From positions 77,495-141,494 of the IMG/VR virus record IMGVR_UViG_3300043409_001877: a stretch of DNA of 64,000 bases; one strand, written 5' to 3'. Of the stretch, positions 9,828-18,514 are shown piece by piece. Numbering within the stretch: the stretch's first letter is position 1; every line of letters starts with the position of its first letter. Source of the DNA: a virus. The translations under genes were made by a program, and so were the position numbers. Under the pieces are notes generated by a model. It worked only from the letters and a program-made list of their open reading frames with translations, made no database searches and was not told the DNA's origin.

Positions 9828-9859
9828 ATTGACTTTTAAATAAATATTTCGTATTATTG
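9828..9859 (+). promoter_or_regulatory. Host-type (early/middle) promoter
   Basis: ATTG-N20-TATTATTG upstream of 9869. Confidence 0.6.
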
Positions 9860-9868
9860 TAATAAAAA

Positions 9869-10375
9869 ATGAGAGATCAGATATTAGAATATTGTGAATT
9901 TGAAAATAACGTTAAAGAATTATTTATACCTAAACAATTTGATGATTGTTTATTGGGTATTTGTCATAGAATGGATGAGTCATTTACAACAGCATATGAT
10001 TTAAACAAAATCATAGTTAAAATTATGAAAAAGAATAGTTTAACGTATGATGAGGCTATTAGAAACTTTAATTTAAACATCTTGGATAAAAATCCAACAA
10101 TATCATTTATTTTAATAACAGATCAAAATCAGGATTTACTTTCTGAGTATAATAATAAAATGTTATTCTTAGATGGTTTTGATGACAATTCTATAATTGG
10201 AGTTAGAATTAAATCTGGGTGTAATATTGTGGCTGCGTATGACGATAGTATGTGTATTCAGTCATTAATAGATGGTGAGGACATGGATGAAACGGATGCT
10301 ATTGAGTTTTTTGAATACAATACTCGTGGTTCATTTGTCGGGAATGACACACCAGCCATTGTAACATTATTTTAA
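9869..10375 (+). CDS. Hypothetical phage protein with an internal domain duplication
   Basis: Two copies of FDD..(L/I)G..AYD..I..(E/D)AI..F..N. Confidence 0.75.
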   Translation: MRDQILEYCEFENNVKELFIPKQFDDCLLGICHRMDESFTTAYDLNKIIVKIMKKNSLTYDEAIRNFNLNILDKNPTISFILITDQNQDLLSEYNNKMLFLDGFDDNSIIGVRIKSGCNIVAAYDDSMCIQSLIDGEDMDETDAIEFFEYNTRGSFVGNDTPAIVTLF

Positions 10376-10376
10376 T

Positions 10377-12158
10377 ATGAACATACCAATAGAAAAAAAA
10401 GCATTAGATATATTAAAAGAATACAAAGGTAATAATGATTATATTTTAGGCATACAAAATGATTATTTTAAAGCCAAATCATTCATACCAACAAAAAAAC
10501 AATCAGAATATATTGTAAGATTTGGTAATATCGATTCAGTTGTTGTTAACAAATATGTTGAAGTACAAAGGTCTTGCAGAGAATTTGTTCAAATTCAATT
10601 ATGTTTACTATCACAACCAGAAAAGATTTTTATAAATAAGTTACTTTCTAGAAGAGGCGATTTACTTCATATTTGGGGATGTTTTGGTGATGATTGCAAA
10701 AATTACCAAGGGATATTCATCGCAAAAGAATGTATTAAAAAAAATAAAGAAATCCCTAATATTGATTTTAGTAAGTATGAGCGTGATCCTAAACCTCACC
10801 AAATTACAGCGATTAATAAATTATTAATTAACGATAAGTACATACTAGCTGACGACATGGGTTTAGGTAAAACTACGTCTTCTATTATCGCAGCAATGGA
10901 AGGTAATTTTAAAAAGATATTAGTTGTTTGTCCAGCCTCATTAAAACTTAATTGGAAAAAAGAAATTATGAATTACGATAGGGTTGAAAACATATCTATC
11001 GTGGACTCTGGTGATTTTAGAGTTAATAAATGGACTATTGTTAATTATGATATTCTTAAAAACTTTCACCACCTACCACAAAGAGGTGTTAAGATGTCTG
11101 ACTTACCAGTGTCCCCAATTGACTTTCATAAATTTGATTTAGTTATTGCGGATGAAGCGCATTACCTAAAAAACTCAACATCTAATAGAACCAAGATATT
11201 TAACGATTTTGCTTCTAGAATTGAAAATCGTTGGCTTTTAACTGGTACCCCCATTACAAATAAACCTATTGATTTTTATAATTTATTATTTTTATGCGAC
11301 TCACCAATTGCAGCCAATTGGGTTCATTATGTTAGACGTTATTGCGCTGGTAGGCAATTCAACAGAAAAGGTACAAAGCAAAAATATTGGATGACATCTG
11401 GGGCTTCTAATTTAGATGAGCTTAGAGATTATGCTACTGACGTTATGTTAAGGAGAACTAAAAAAGACTCAATTGATTTACCACAAAAAACAATCAAGCC
11501 AGTTTATTTACCAATGGAATATTCAATCAGCTATAACACATATTTAAAGGAATACCAAGACTGGGTTGATAGTACCGAAGGACAGGAAGAGAAACCAAAG
11601 ATTAGTGATCACTTAACTAAATTAATAAAAATACGTCAGTTACTATCAAACGATAAAATTGAACACACTATCAAATTAGCTGAAGATTTAATTGAAAACG
11701 ACAAAAAGGTTATTATATTTAGTTGCTTTACCCAAACAATAAACGCAATACACGAACACTTTGGTAAGAGTTCTGTTATTATTGACGGTTCTGTTTCATC
11801 AAAAAATCGTGATCTTGCCGTTGAAAAATTTCAAAACGATGATAAGATTAAAGTATTTTGTGGTAACATAGTTGCCGCTGGGGTTGGTTTGACATTAACA
11901 GAAGGTAGTATTGTTATCTTTAATGATTTAGATTGGGTTCCAGCTAATCACGCACAAGCTGAAGATAGAGCGCACAGAATGGGTCAAGATAAACCAGTTC
12001 ATATTATATATCCACTGTTTGATGAAACTTTAGACGTTTTAATGTTCCAATCGTTACAAAGAAAAATGAAAATTATTACTCAGGTTATGGGCGATAGTAC
12101 AGAAGTTGATGATACTTCTGTTGGGCGTGAAGTTATTGGTAATTTAATGAAACATTAA
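10377..12158 (+). CDS. SNF2-family helicase/ATPase
   Basis: LADDMGLGKT, DEAH, LTGTP, GVGLTLT and QAEDRAHRMGQ. Confidence 0.92.
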   Translation: MNIPIEKKALDILKEYKGNNDYILGIQNDYFKAKSFIPTKKQSEYIVRFGNIDSVVVNKYVEVQRSCREFVQIQLCLLSQPEKIFINKLLSRRGDLLHIWGCFGDDCKNYQGIFIAKECIKKNKEIPNIDFSKYERDPKPHQITAINKLLINDKYILADDMGLGKTTSSIIAAMEGNFKKILVVCPASLKLNWKKEIMNYDRVENISIVDSGDFRVNKWTIVNYDILKNFHHLPQRGVKMSDLPVSPIDFHKFDLVIADEAHYLKNSTSNRTKIFNDFASRIENRWLLTGTPITNKPIDFYNLLFLCDSPIAANWVHYVRRYCAGRQFNRKGTKQKYWMTSGASNLDELRDYATDVMLRRTKKDSIDLPQKTIKPVYLPMEYSISYNTYLKEYQDWVDSTEGQEEKPKISDHLTKLIKIRQLLSNDKIEHTIKLAEDLIENDKKVIIFSCFTQTINAIHEHFGKSSVIIDGSVSSKNRDLAVEKFQNDDKIKVFCGNIVAAGVGLTLTEGSIVIFNDLDWVPANHAQAEDRAHRMGQDKPVHIIYPLFDETLDVLMFQSLQRKMKIITQVMGDSTEVDDTSVGREVIGNLMKH

Positions 12159-13307
12159 GAATGAATATTGGACATCCCCTCTTTGAGCACCAATATCACC
12201 TTCACCTTTAGGTGCTACCATTATATTATACTCTAATGGATTACCTTTTGGTTTTGCTAAAAACTCATCATACGTTAAAATAGAATTAACATCAACACCA
12301 TATTCATCAGACAACCTTTGTTTAAGAGTTTGAGCACCATTTTCATCTTTATAAATTAACTTACCTTTATCATCCACTTGATAACTAGGGTTTTTGCCTG
12401 ATGTTGTTTTAAGGAATAAATCATCAAACATACTTTTTGGTACAGTAACAGCTTGTTTTTTACCTTTAATATCTTTTATTTTGTTAAGCTCTCTTTTATT
12501 AGCGTCTGTTGAAAAGTTTACAATCATATCATCATCATTGAAATTAATGATATCACCCATTTTAGTATAAGCATATGATTTTATGTTATAACCTTCAGCT
12601 TTTAAATTTTTTGTAATATTAAGGGCGATTTGATGATATTTCTTAGTAAAAAAATCACCCGCATCATTCCATCTAAATTGTATTTCTTTAGTTGGGTTTT
12701 TTAATGCGATTATTTCAAGCTCATGCTTTAATAATTTTTCAAATCTTTCAGGATAATTTAATAATAAATTTAATATTCTTGTTTGTTTAACAAACACATC
12801 TGGAAACATAACATAACTACCTTTTCTAGCATAACAAATCATAGCACACGTACCAGCACCAGGACAAGTGTTTACAATATAAAACTTTTGGTCATCAATA
12901 TCATAAACTAAACCACGTAAAGCTGGAATACCAATATTTACAGAAAATGAGTTATCTGTTTTAGATTTCTCCATCTTCATATTAATACTCAATAAATCAT
13001 TTGGCATTGCTGTTATCTTTTTAATGAACCCATCAACATCAATACCACCCTCTTCATCAAACGGGATAGTTTTTGCGTGAATGTATGGTTTATCTAAAGC
13101 TAATTTTTCACGATCAGACGGTTTTTCTTCACTATTCTTAACAATACCGTTTAAATATTCTTTTAGACCATTTGGGTCGATACATTTTTTAGATACATCA
13201 CTAAATTCATTCCAGTCAATTTCGCTTAAAGTAAATGGATTATCTAAAATACCAGCATTTCTTCTAATTTTATTTAAAGTTTCGTTTAAAGTTATTTTTT
13301 TATTCAT
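12144..13307 (-). CDS. Gp88-like Cys-motif (radical-SAM-like Fe-S) protein
   Basis: TCPGAGTCAMICYARKG (Cx5Cx3C), FRWNDAGDF and YAYTK. Confidence 0.65.
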   Translation of the reverse strand: MNKKITLNETLNKIRRNAGILDNPFTLSEIDWNEFSDVSKKCIDPNGLKEYLNGIVKNSEEKPSDREKLALDKPYIHAKTIPFDEEGGIDVDGFIKKITAMPNDLLSINMKMEKSKTDNSFSVNIGIPALRGLVYDIDDQKFYIVNTCPGAGTCAMICYARKGSYVMFPDVFVKQTRILNLLLNYPERFEKLLKHELEIIALKNPTKEIQFRWNDAGDFFTKKYHQIALNITKNLKAEGYNIKSYAYTKMGDIINFNDDDMIVNFSTDANKRELNKIKDIKGKKQAVTVPKSMFDDLFLKTTSGKNPSYQVDDKGKLIYKDENGAQTLKQRLSDEYGVDVNSILTYDEFLAKPKGNPLEYNIMVAPKGEGDIGAQRGDVQYSFLMFH

Positions 13308-13316
13308 TGATGCAAC

Positions 13317-13332
13317 TATTTATCTATAAATA
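13317..13332. promoter_or_regulatory. Pair of oppositely oriented late-promoter motifs between divergent genes
   Basis: TATTTAT (13317-13323, +) and its reverse complement ATAAATA (13326-13332) in a 33-bp gap. Confidence 0.6.
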
Positions 13333-13340
13333 TCTATCTT

Positions 13341-14429
13341 ATGAGAATAAATCCAGAAGAAAAGCAAAAAATATACAAACAAGCCAAACACAGGCTTGGC
13401 GCTCCAATTAGAAAAATTCAATTGGAAGAGGAGCAAATGGATAGTTTGTTAGAAATTGCTACTGAAGACTATGTTGAGTACATTCAAAATTATATTACTG
13501 AACACCAATGGCCCGCTTTAATTAGTTTGGATATTACTGAAGCTGATTTAACAAGAGCTTTTATCACTAGAGGGCAAGACTTTGTAACTCAATACACTTA
13601 TTCTTATTCTAAAATTGTTGGTTTGGGTGCTGGTGAAGGTGGTTTTGTTCTCAAAAAGGATTATGTTGAACTTAAAAGAAATGTTCAGATATATGAAATA
13701 CCAGCTAATCGTGAAATTAATGAGGTATTATGGTTTACACCATCAACAATAGACCAATCAATTATCGATCCATTTATTGGTGTTTGGAGTAATAACTTTG
13801 GTGGTGAGTATATTGGTTTAGGTAGTTATTATATTATGCCAGCTTTTGATATATTAATGAGAGCAGCTGATAGAAATTTAAAAAATAGATTAATTAAATC
13901 AGAGTTAATTTATAAAGTAACCAATGCTCCAGATGGTAAGAAGTTCTTACATTTAATGAACACCCCAGGTAGTAATTTTGATTTCAGAGGTTCATTATTT
14001 GCACAAGGTAAAGTATGGTATTGGTATTATGATATTAATGGTAATAAAGATGAGTGTTTACAAAAAAATAAAGATATTATTAAATCACCAGCTGACGTTC
14101 CATTTGATAATATGTCATTTGATGATTTAAATGAACCATCTAAAGTGTGGGTTAGACGTTATTTTATCGCTTTAGCTAAGGAAACATTAGGTAGAGTTAG
14201 GGGTACTTTTGGTGGTAAAATACCAGTCCCTGACGCAAATATGGAAATAGAATATCAATCACTATTATCAGAAGGTAAAGATGAAATGGTTACATTAAAA
14301 AAAGAATTGGAAGAAAGATTGGCTAGATTAAGCCCTCTTGAAATTCTTAAACGTGTATCAGAAGAGGCTACTTATGTTAATACATCATTAAAATTTAGAG
14401 CATTCCAAAAACCAATTAAAATTATTTAA
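13341..14429 (+). CDS. Neck protein (T4 gp13-like head-tail adaptor)
   Basis: RLGAPIRKIQLEEEQM at the N-terminus; WVRRYFIALAKETLGRVRG.F and LLSEGKDE at the C-terminus. Confidence 0.8.
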   Translation: MRINPEEKQKIYKQAKHRLGAPIRKIQLEEEQMDSLLEIATEDYVEYIQNYITEHQWPALISLDITEADLTRAFITRGQDFVTQYTYSYSKIVGLGAGEGGFVLKKDYVELKRNVQIYEIPANREINEVLWFTPSTIDQSIIDPFIGVWSNNFGGEYIGLGSYYIMPAFDILMRAADRNLKNRLIKSELIYKVTNAPDGKKFLHLMNTPGSNFDFRGSLFAQGKVWYWYYDINGNKDECLQKNKDIIKSPADVPFDNMSFDDLNEPSKVWVRRYFIALAKETLGRVRGTFGGKIPVPDANMEIEYQSLLSEGKDEMVTLKKELEERLARLSPLEILKRVSEEATYVNTSLKFRAFQKPIKII

Positions 14430-14432
14430 TAT

Positions 14433-14762
14433 ATGGCAAATTATAGAACAAGAATTGATTTAAGTAGACAGGCTGAAGTAAAAGAATTAACTTACGCTGA
14501 ATTGTCTGATAATATTGAAGAGGGTAAAACTATCCTATATAAAAAAGAAGATGGTGCTCTTGGTGTCGCCTCAAAGTATAGTGGCGTAATCTACACTGGT
14601 TACACTGGTGGTGATGTTATGCGTGGTTTAACAATACCAGAATTACCAGCATCATTTCCTGGTGCGAATAAAGCTCACGTGTTATCCATGGTACAATTTG
14701 GTGTCGTTCCTATTATAAGGTGGGCTCTGGTTGATACTGATGGCGATTTTAACGAATTATAA
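14433..14762 (+). CDS. Small virion protein, paralogue of the N-terminus of the next gene
   Basis: Shares DLS.QAE, FPG..KA and W.LVDTDG.FN with 14768..16435. Confidence 0.7.
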   Translation: MANYRTRIDLSRQAEVKELTYAELSDNIEEGKTILYKKEDGALGVASKYSGVIYTGYTGGDVMRGLTIPELPASFPGANKAHVLSMVQFGVVPIIRWALVDTDGDFNEL

Positions 14763-14767
14763 AAAAT

Positions 14768-16435
14768 ATGTCAATTACAGGTTCAACATTAGATTTAAGT
14801 AAACAAGCGGAATTAACAACATTAACAGACGGTCAGTTAGATGATATTGCTGATGGTAGTGCTATTATATACAGAAAAGAAAGCGAAAATGCTGATAATT
14901 TAATATTTGGTTTACTTGAATCATACCCAGCCCTTGGTTTTGCTAGTAAAAACGGTACTATTACGGATTTACCATACCCTGGCACAGAAATTAAAGGCTT
15001 AATAGTTCCACCAATACCAAACACTTTTCCTGGTGATGACAAAGCCTATGCATTAGGTCTTGTGGAGGTTTTTGGTGAATTTAAATTAAAATGGGTTCTG
15101 GTTGATACTGATGGTAATTTTAATAGAGTTCCACCTTCATATTATTATACAACACGCAGTGCGGCTGTATGTTATAATTATGTTGCCACTTTAAACGATT
15201 TATTTCTTAATGGATCATTACTAGTACAAATTTACGGATGGGATGTTAACACACCCAAAAAGTATAGTATAGATGGTGGTAGTACATTTAGTGGTATTGT
15301 CACAGAACAGTACGATGGTGGTAATTTATCTTATTTTACCATATCAAATTTAGGAACAACAAACCCAACAGGTCAAACAATTGATTTAGTTATTACCGAT
15401 TCTGATGATAATATATTATACCCAAACGAGTATTCGGCAACAGGAACAACTATTATCGCCTCACCCGTATATGAAGTTTTAAGTTCATTTGAAGGTTTAG
15501 ATAATAATGGTTCATTTGATGTTAATTTAATTAAACTCCAAGATAATTCATTAACAAGCGATGGTGTAATGGAAGTAGTAGTTACCGATATTCAGATTGG
15601 ATGTCAATATTATTATGAAATTTGGGATTACAACACTTCTACGCTTTTGTTTTATCGAGATTATTCAACCTCAAAAACCTATCAATTTGGTGTCTATACT
15701 GGGTCTACAGAATTATTTGCCATTGTTTCTAAAAAAACACCAGGTATAATTACCATAGAAGGTATTGATAGTAATGGTGATACGTTTAAAGATATTGAAC
15801 ACTACTCATTACTGTATTCAAAAGGAGATCCAAATCCAGCTAATTTTGTTAATGTAACACCTGAAATGGGTTACACCGATATAAATTACACGCCAAGTGA
15901 AGCCAATGGTGTACAAGAATTGTACATGCAAAGATATGGATATGATTGTATTTATAAAAAAGTAACAAACTTTACACAAGTTGATAATTCAGTTACAACA
16001 ACTCAGATGTTAATGTTAGATTATACTGGTGATTCCATCAATAGCTTTATATTTGATTCTCCAGTTATTGGAAATATAACTGTTAACACACCATTAAACC
16101 CAAATACTTATTTTAACCCAGTTCAGATAAAAGCGGCTGCTTTTGGCGGTGGGTCTTCTATAATACTTTCGTACACTTTCTTAGGTTCCCCATCAACAGG
16201 TGATACTAATGAAATATTATTTTATGATGCGGTTAGTGGTCAACCAATATTAACCGCTGGAGTCCAAACAGCAACTACAACACCTGGAGGTTATGTTACA
16301 ATTGATCTTAAATACCTAACTTATTGGACTAATAACTCAGGGCAGTCAATTATGATTAGATTCAAGTATACAAATGTTACCACATCTGGTGGTAGAACTT
16401 ATTATTCCGATTTAATACACATAAAAAATGATTAA
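14768..16435 (+). CDS. Putative fibre/whisker or decoration protein
   Basis: T/S/G/Y-rich beta-type composition, YSIDGG motif, next to the neck gene. Confidence 0.55.
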   Translation: MSITGSTLDLSKQAELTTLTDGQLDDIADGSAIIYRKESENADNLIFGLLESYPALGFASKNGTITDLPYPGTEIKGLIVPPIPNTFPGDDKAYALGLVEVFGEFKLKWVLVDTDGNFNRVPPSYYYTTRSAAVCYNYVATLNDLFLNGSLLVQIYGWDVNTPKKYSIDGGSTFSGIVTEQYDGGNLSYFTISNLGTTNPTGQTIDLVITDSDDNILYPNEYSATGTTIIASPVYEVLSSFEGLDNNGSFDVNLIKLQDNSLTSDGVMEVVVTDIQIGCQYYYEIWDYNTSTLLFYRDYSTSKTYQFGVYTGSTELFAIVSKKTPGIITIEGIDSNGDTFKDIEHYSLLYSKGDPNPANFVNVTPEMGYTDINYTPSEANGVQELYMQRYGYDCIYKKVTNFTQVDNSVTTTQMLMLDYTGDSINSFIFDSPVIGNITVNTPLNPNTYFNPVQIKAAAFGGGSSIILSYTFLGSPSTGDTNEILFYDAVSGQPILTAGVQTATTTPGGYVTIDLKYLTYWTNNSGQSIMIRFKYTNVTTSGGRTYYSDLIHIKND

Positions 16436-18014
16436 GACCGAACTAGAATATGGCACATATTATGATTTTATCGTAACAAAAGACGATAGAGTATCAACTA
16501 GAGATTATAATTCTTTAAAGTTATTTTATATTGATGTAACTGAAGATCTTTGTACTACAATTGGTCTTAAACAAAGTGAAGATGTTATATTAAAAAACAT
16601 ATCATTAAATGGTTATGATAATTATTTCATACATTTTGGTAATGGTACAATCGATCCAGAAATTGAATATGTTGTATCAAAAGACGATACGTTTTGTTTA
16701 CATGAAGTATCTGGCTATACTAAAAATTTAAATTACGATATTATACCAAAACTAGGGTATAATCAACTTTCTGGTGGTTTTTATCAAGGGTTTTTTAAAT
16801 TACATGAATACCCAGTTGAGTTTATGCCAAATAGAATGAGAAAAGGGTGGACAACAAATATGATGTTACATTTACCAACTCTAGGTTATGGCGTTAACGC
16901 TACTAGTGGTACAACATTAAATGATGTGTTTAATAATCCAGGCTTTATTTATTATTTGGGTACTAGGGCTGAAAACAAATATTCAGATTTAACACCTATT
17001 GAGGTTAATATATTAAAAAATGATTACTTATTTACGTTTGTTGATATTGATAATCAGTACACTAGAATTGGCACGTACCAATTAGATGGTATACCATATG
17101 AAGGTTATTTTTACATTAAAGATGGTATACCTCACGCTGGTAGAAATGAATTAGATTTAACCATAACAGGTGATACTCAATTAACTTATTTCAATAAGTA
17201 TAAAGATGTTATCGATAATTCTTTTGGTGTTAGGATAACCCCAGATGGTAGAATTGGTTATAGAAAAATATACGCTACAGACCCTTGTTATACTGGCGCA
17301 ACACAAGAAGTTAGCGGTATTACTACCAATTCATTTGTTGATTTTACTCAGGACTGCGATAACTTTACCATGGGTAAAATTATAACAAAATATTTTACAA
17401 TTGAAGATTCATATACTAAATGTTCGGTAATTTCAGACCAAGAACAAATATTAGTAAACGAAGGTAGTGACGTACCAGATGATTCAACTTACATATTATT
17501 TCAAGATGGGAATATTTGGTCAGCTCAAGATGATAGTTTAATAATTTACTCTAGCAAACCAAAGGACAAGTATGTTTATGTTACAGTAACATTTGAAAGG
17601 GATTTTAGTTATGATACAAAGTGTGATTTAACTTATGGTGATTATAAAAACGGAACATTAACAATTAGTTTAAATGGTTTTACGGTTTATAGGAATCGTA
17701 ATTTTAAAGAGGTAATACCGCATGAATTAGATACCGAAGCAAAATACCAAGAAGGTGTACCATTTAATATATCATTTGGTGGTGGCTCCCAAGGTTTATA
17801 CGAGGCAATTTATTTAGACCCGAATAAAACAGTAGATGGTATTATTGATAAATTCTTCGCTGGTACATTTAATGGTGGTGTTAAATTTATTGAAATGTAT
17901 TCTGTACCTTTGTATATTACAGAAGTTAGAGATATTATACAAAATAACTTACAAAATTACAATTTGTACCGACCAAAAGGTGGTAGAAGAGTATTTATAA
18001 AAAACCAAATATAA
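16428..18014 (+). CDS. Putative virion structural protein (LamG-like C-terminus)
   Basis: GGFYQGFFKL, GVPFNISFGGG and FAGTFNGGVK..MYS.PL; structural context. Confidence 0.5.
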   Translation: MIKTELEYGTYYDFIVTKDDRVSTRDYNSLKLFYIDVTEDLCTTIGLKQSEDVILKNISLNGYDNYFIHFGNGTIDPEIEYVVSKDDTFCLHEVSGYTKNLNYDIIPKLGYNQLSGGFYQGFFKLHEYPVEFMPNRMRKGWTTNMMLHLPTLGYGVNATSGTTLNDVFNNPGFIYYLGTRAENKYSDLTPIEVNILKNDYLFTFVDIDNQYTRIGTYQLDGIPYEGYFYIKDGIPHAGRNELDLTITGDTQLTYFNKYKDVIDNSFGVRITPDGRIGYRKIYATDPCYTGATQEVSGITTNSFVDFTQDCDNFTMGKIITKYFTIEDSYTKCSVISDQEQILVNEGSDVPDDSTYILFQDGNIWSAQDDSLIIYSSKPKDKYVYVTVTFERDFSYDTKCDLTYGDYKNGTLTISLNGFTVYRNRNFKEVIPHELDTEAKYQEGVPFNISFGGGSQGLYEAIYLDPNKTVDGIIDKFFAGTFNGGVKFIEMYSVPLYITEVRDIIQNNLQNYNLYRPKGGRRVFIKNQI

Positions 18015-18418
18015 TGATTTTTACAATTAGACAAAATTCAAAATTACCATCATTACGAATGAAATTATATCGTGATGGTAGAAATGATTATAATCGTTTC
18101 GAGGATTTATTAGAAAACTCAGTTATAACCTTTGCGATGAAAGATGAAAAAACTGGCATTTATAAGGTTGCTAATAAAGAAGCTAAAATTATTTTAAAAG
18201 ATCCTTGTGATATTAATAGTAAAAAAGAGTATTATATTGTATATGATTTTACAATTGACGATACCAATAAACCTGGTATATATTTAGGTCAATTCAAGGT
18301 AACTTTTTTAAATGATTGTATGCAAACAAACGGAGATTTAATAGTCCCTATTTCTGAGGAATTGTACATCCATGTTATTGATAGTTTTATCAAAAGCGAC
18401 ATAAAATACATCAATTAA
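18014..18418 (+). CDS. BppU-like Ig-fold structural protein
   Basis: FTIRQN..LP.L..ITFAM..Y.F...DT..PG.Y.GQFKVTF..LIVP pattern. Confidence 0.55.
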   Translation: MIFTIRQNSKLPSLRMKLYRDGRNDYNRFEDLLENSVITFAMKDEKTGIYKVANKEAKIILKDPCDINSKKEYYIVYDFTIDDTNKPGIYLGQFKVTFLNDCMQTNGDLIVPISEELYIHVIDSFIKSDIKYIN

Positions 18419-18460
18419 AAAAATCACAAACCAGTAAATTTATTTTTATTGTTAATAAAT

Positions 18461-18492
18461 TTTGTTTTTATCTTGTTTTTTTACTATCTTTG
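18461..18492 (+). promoter_or_regulatory. Bacteroidota-type housekeeping promoter of the DNA polymerase gene
   Basis: TTTG-N20-TATCTTTG, an exact match to the -33/-7 consensus. Confidence 0.75.
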
Positions 18493-18514
18493 TCCTAAAG
18501 TATACTAAAATAAT

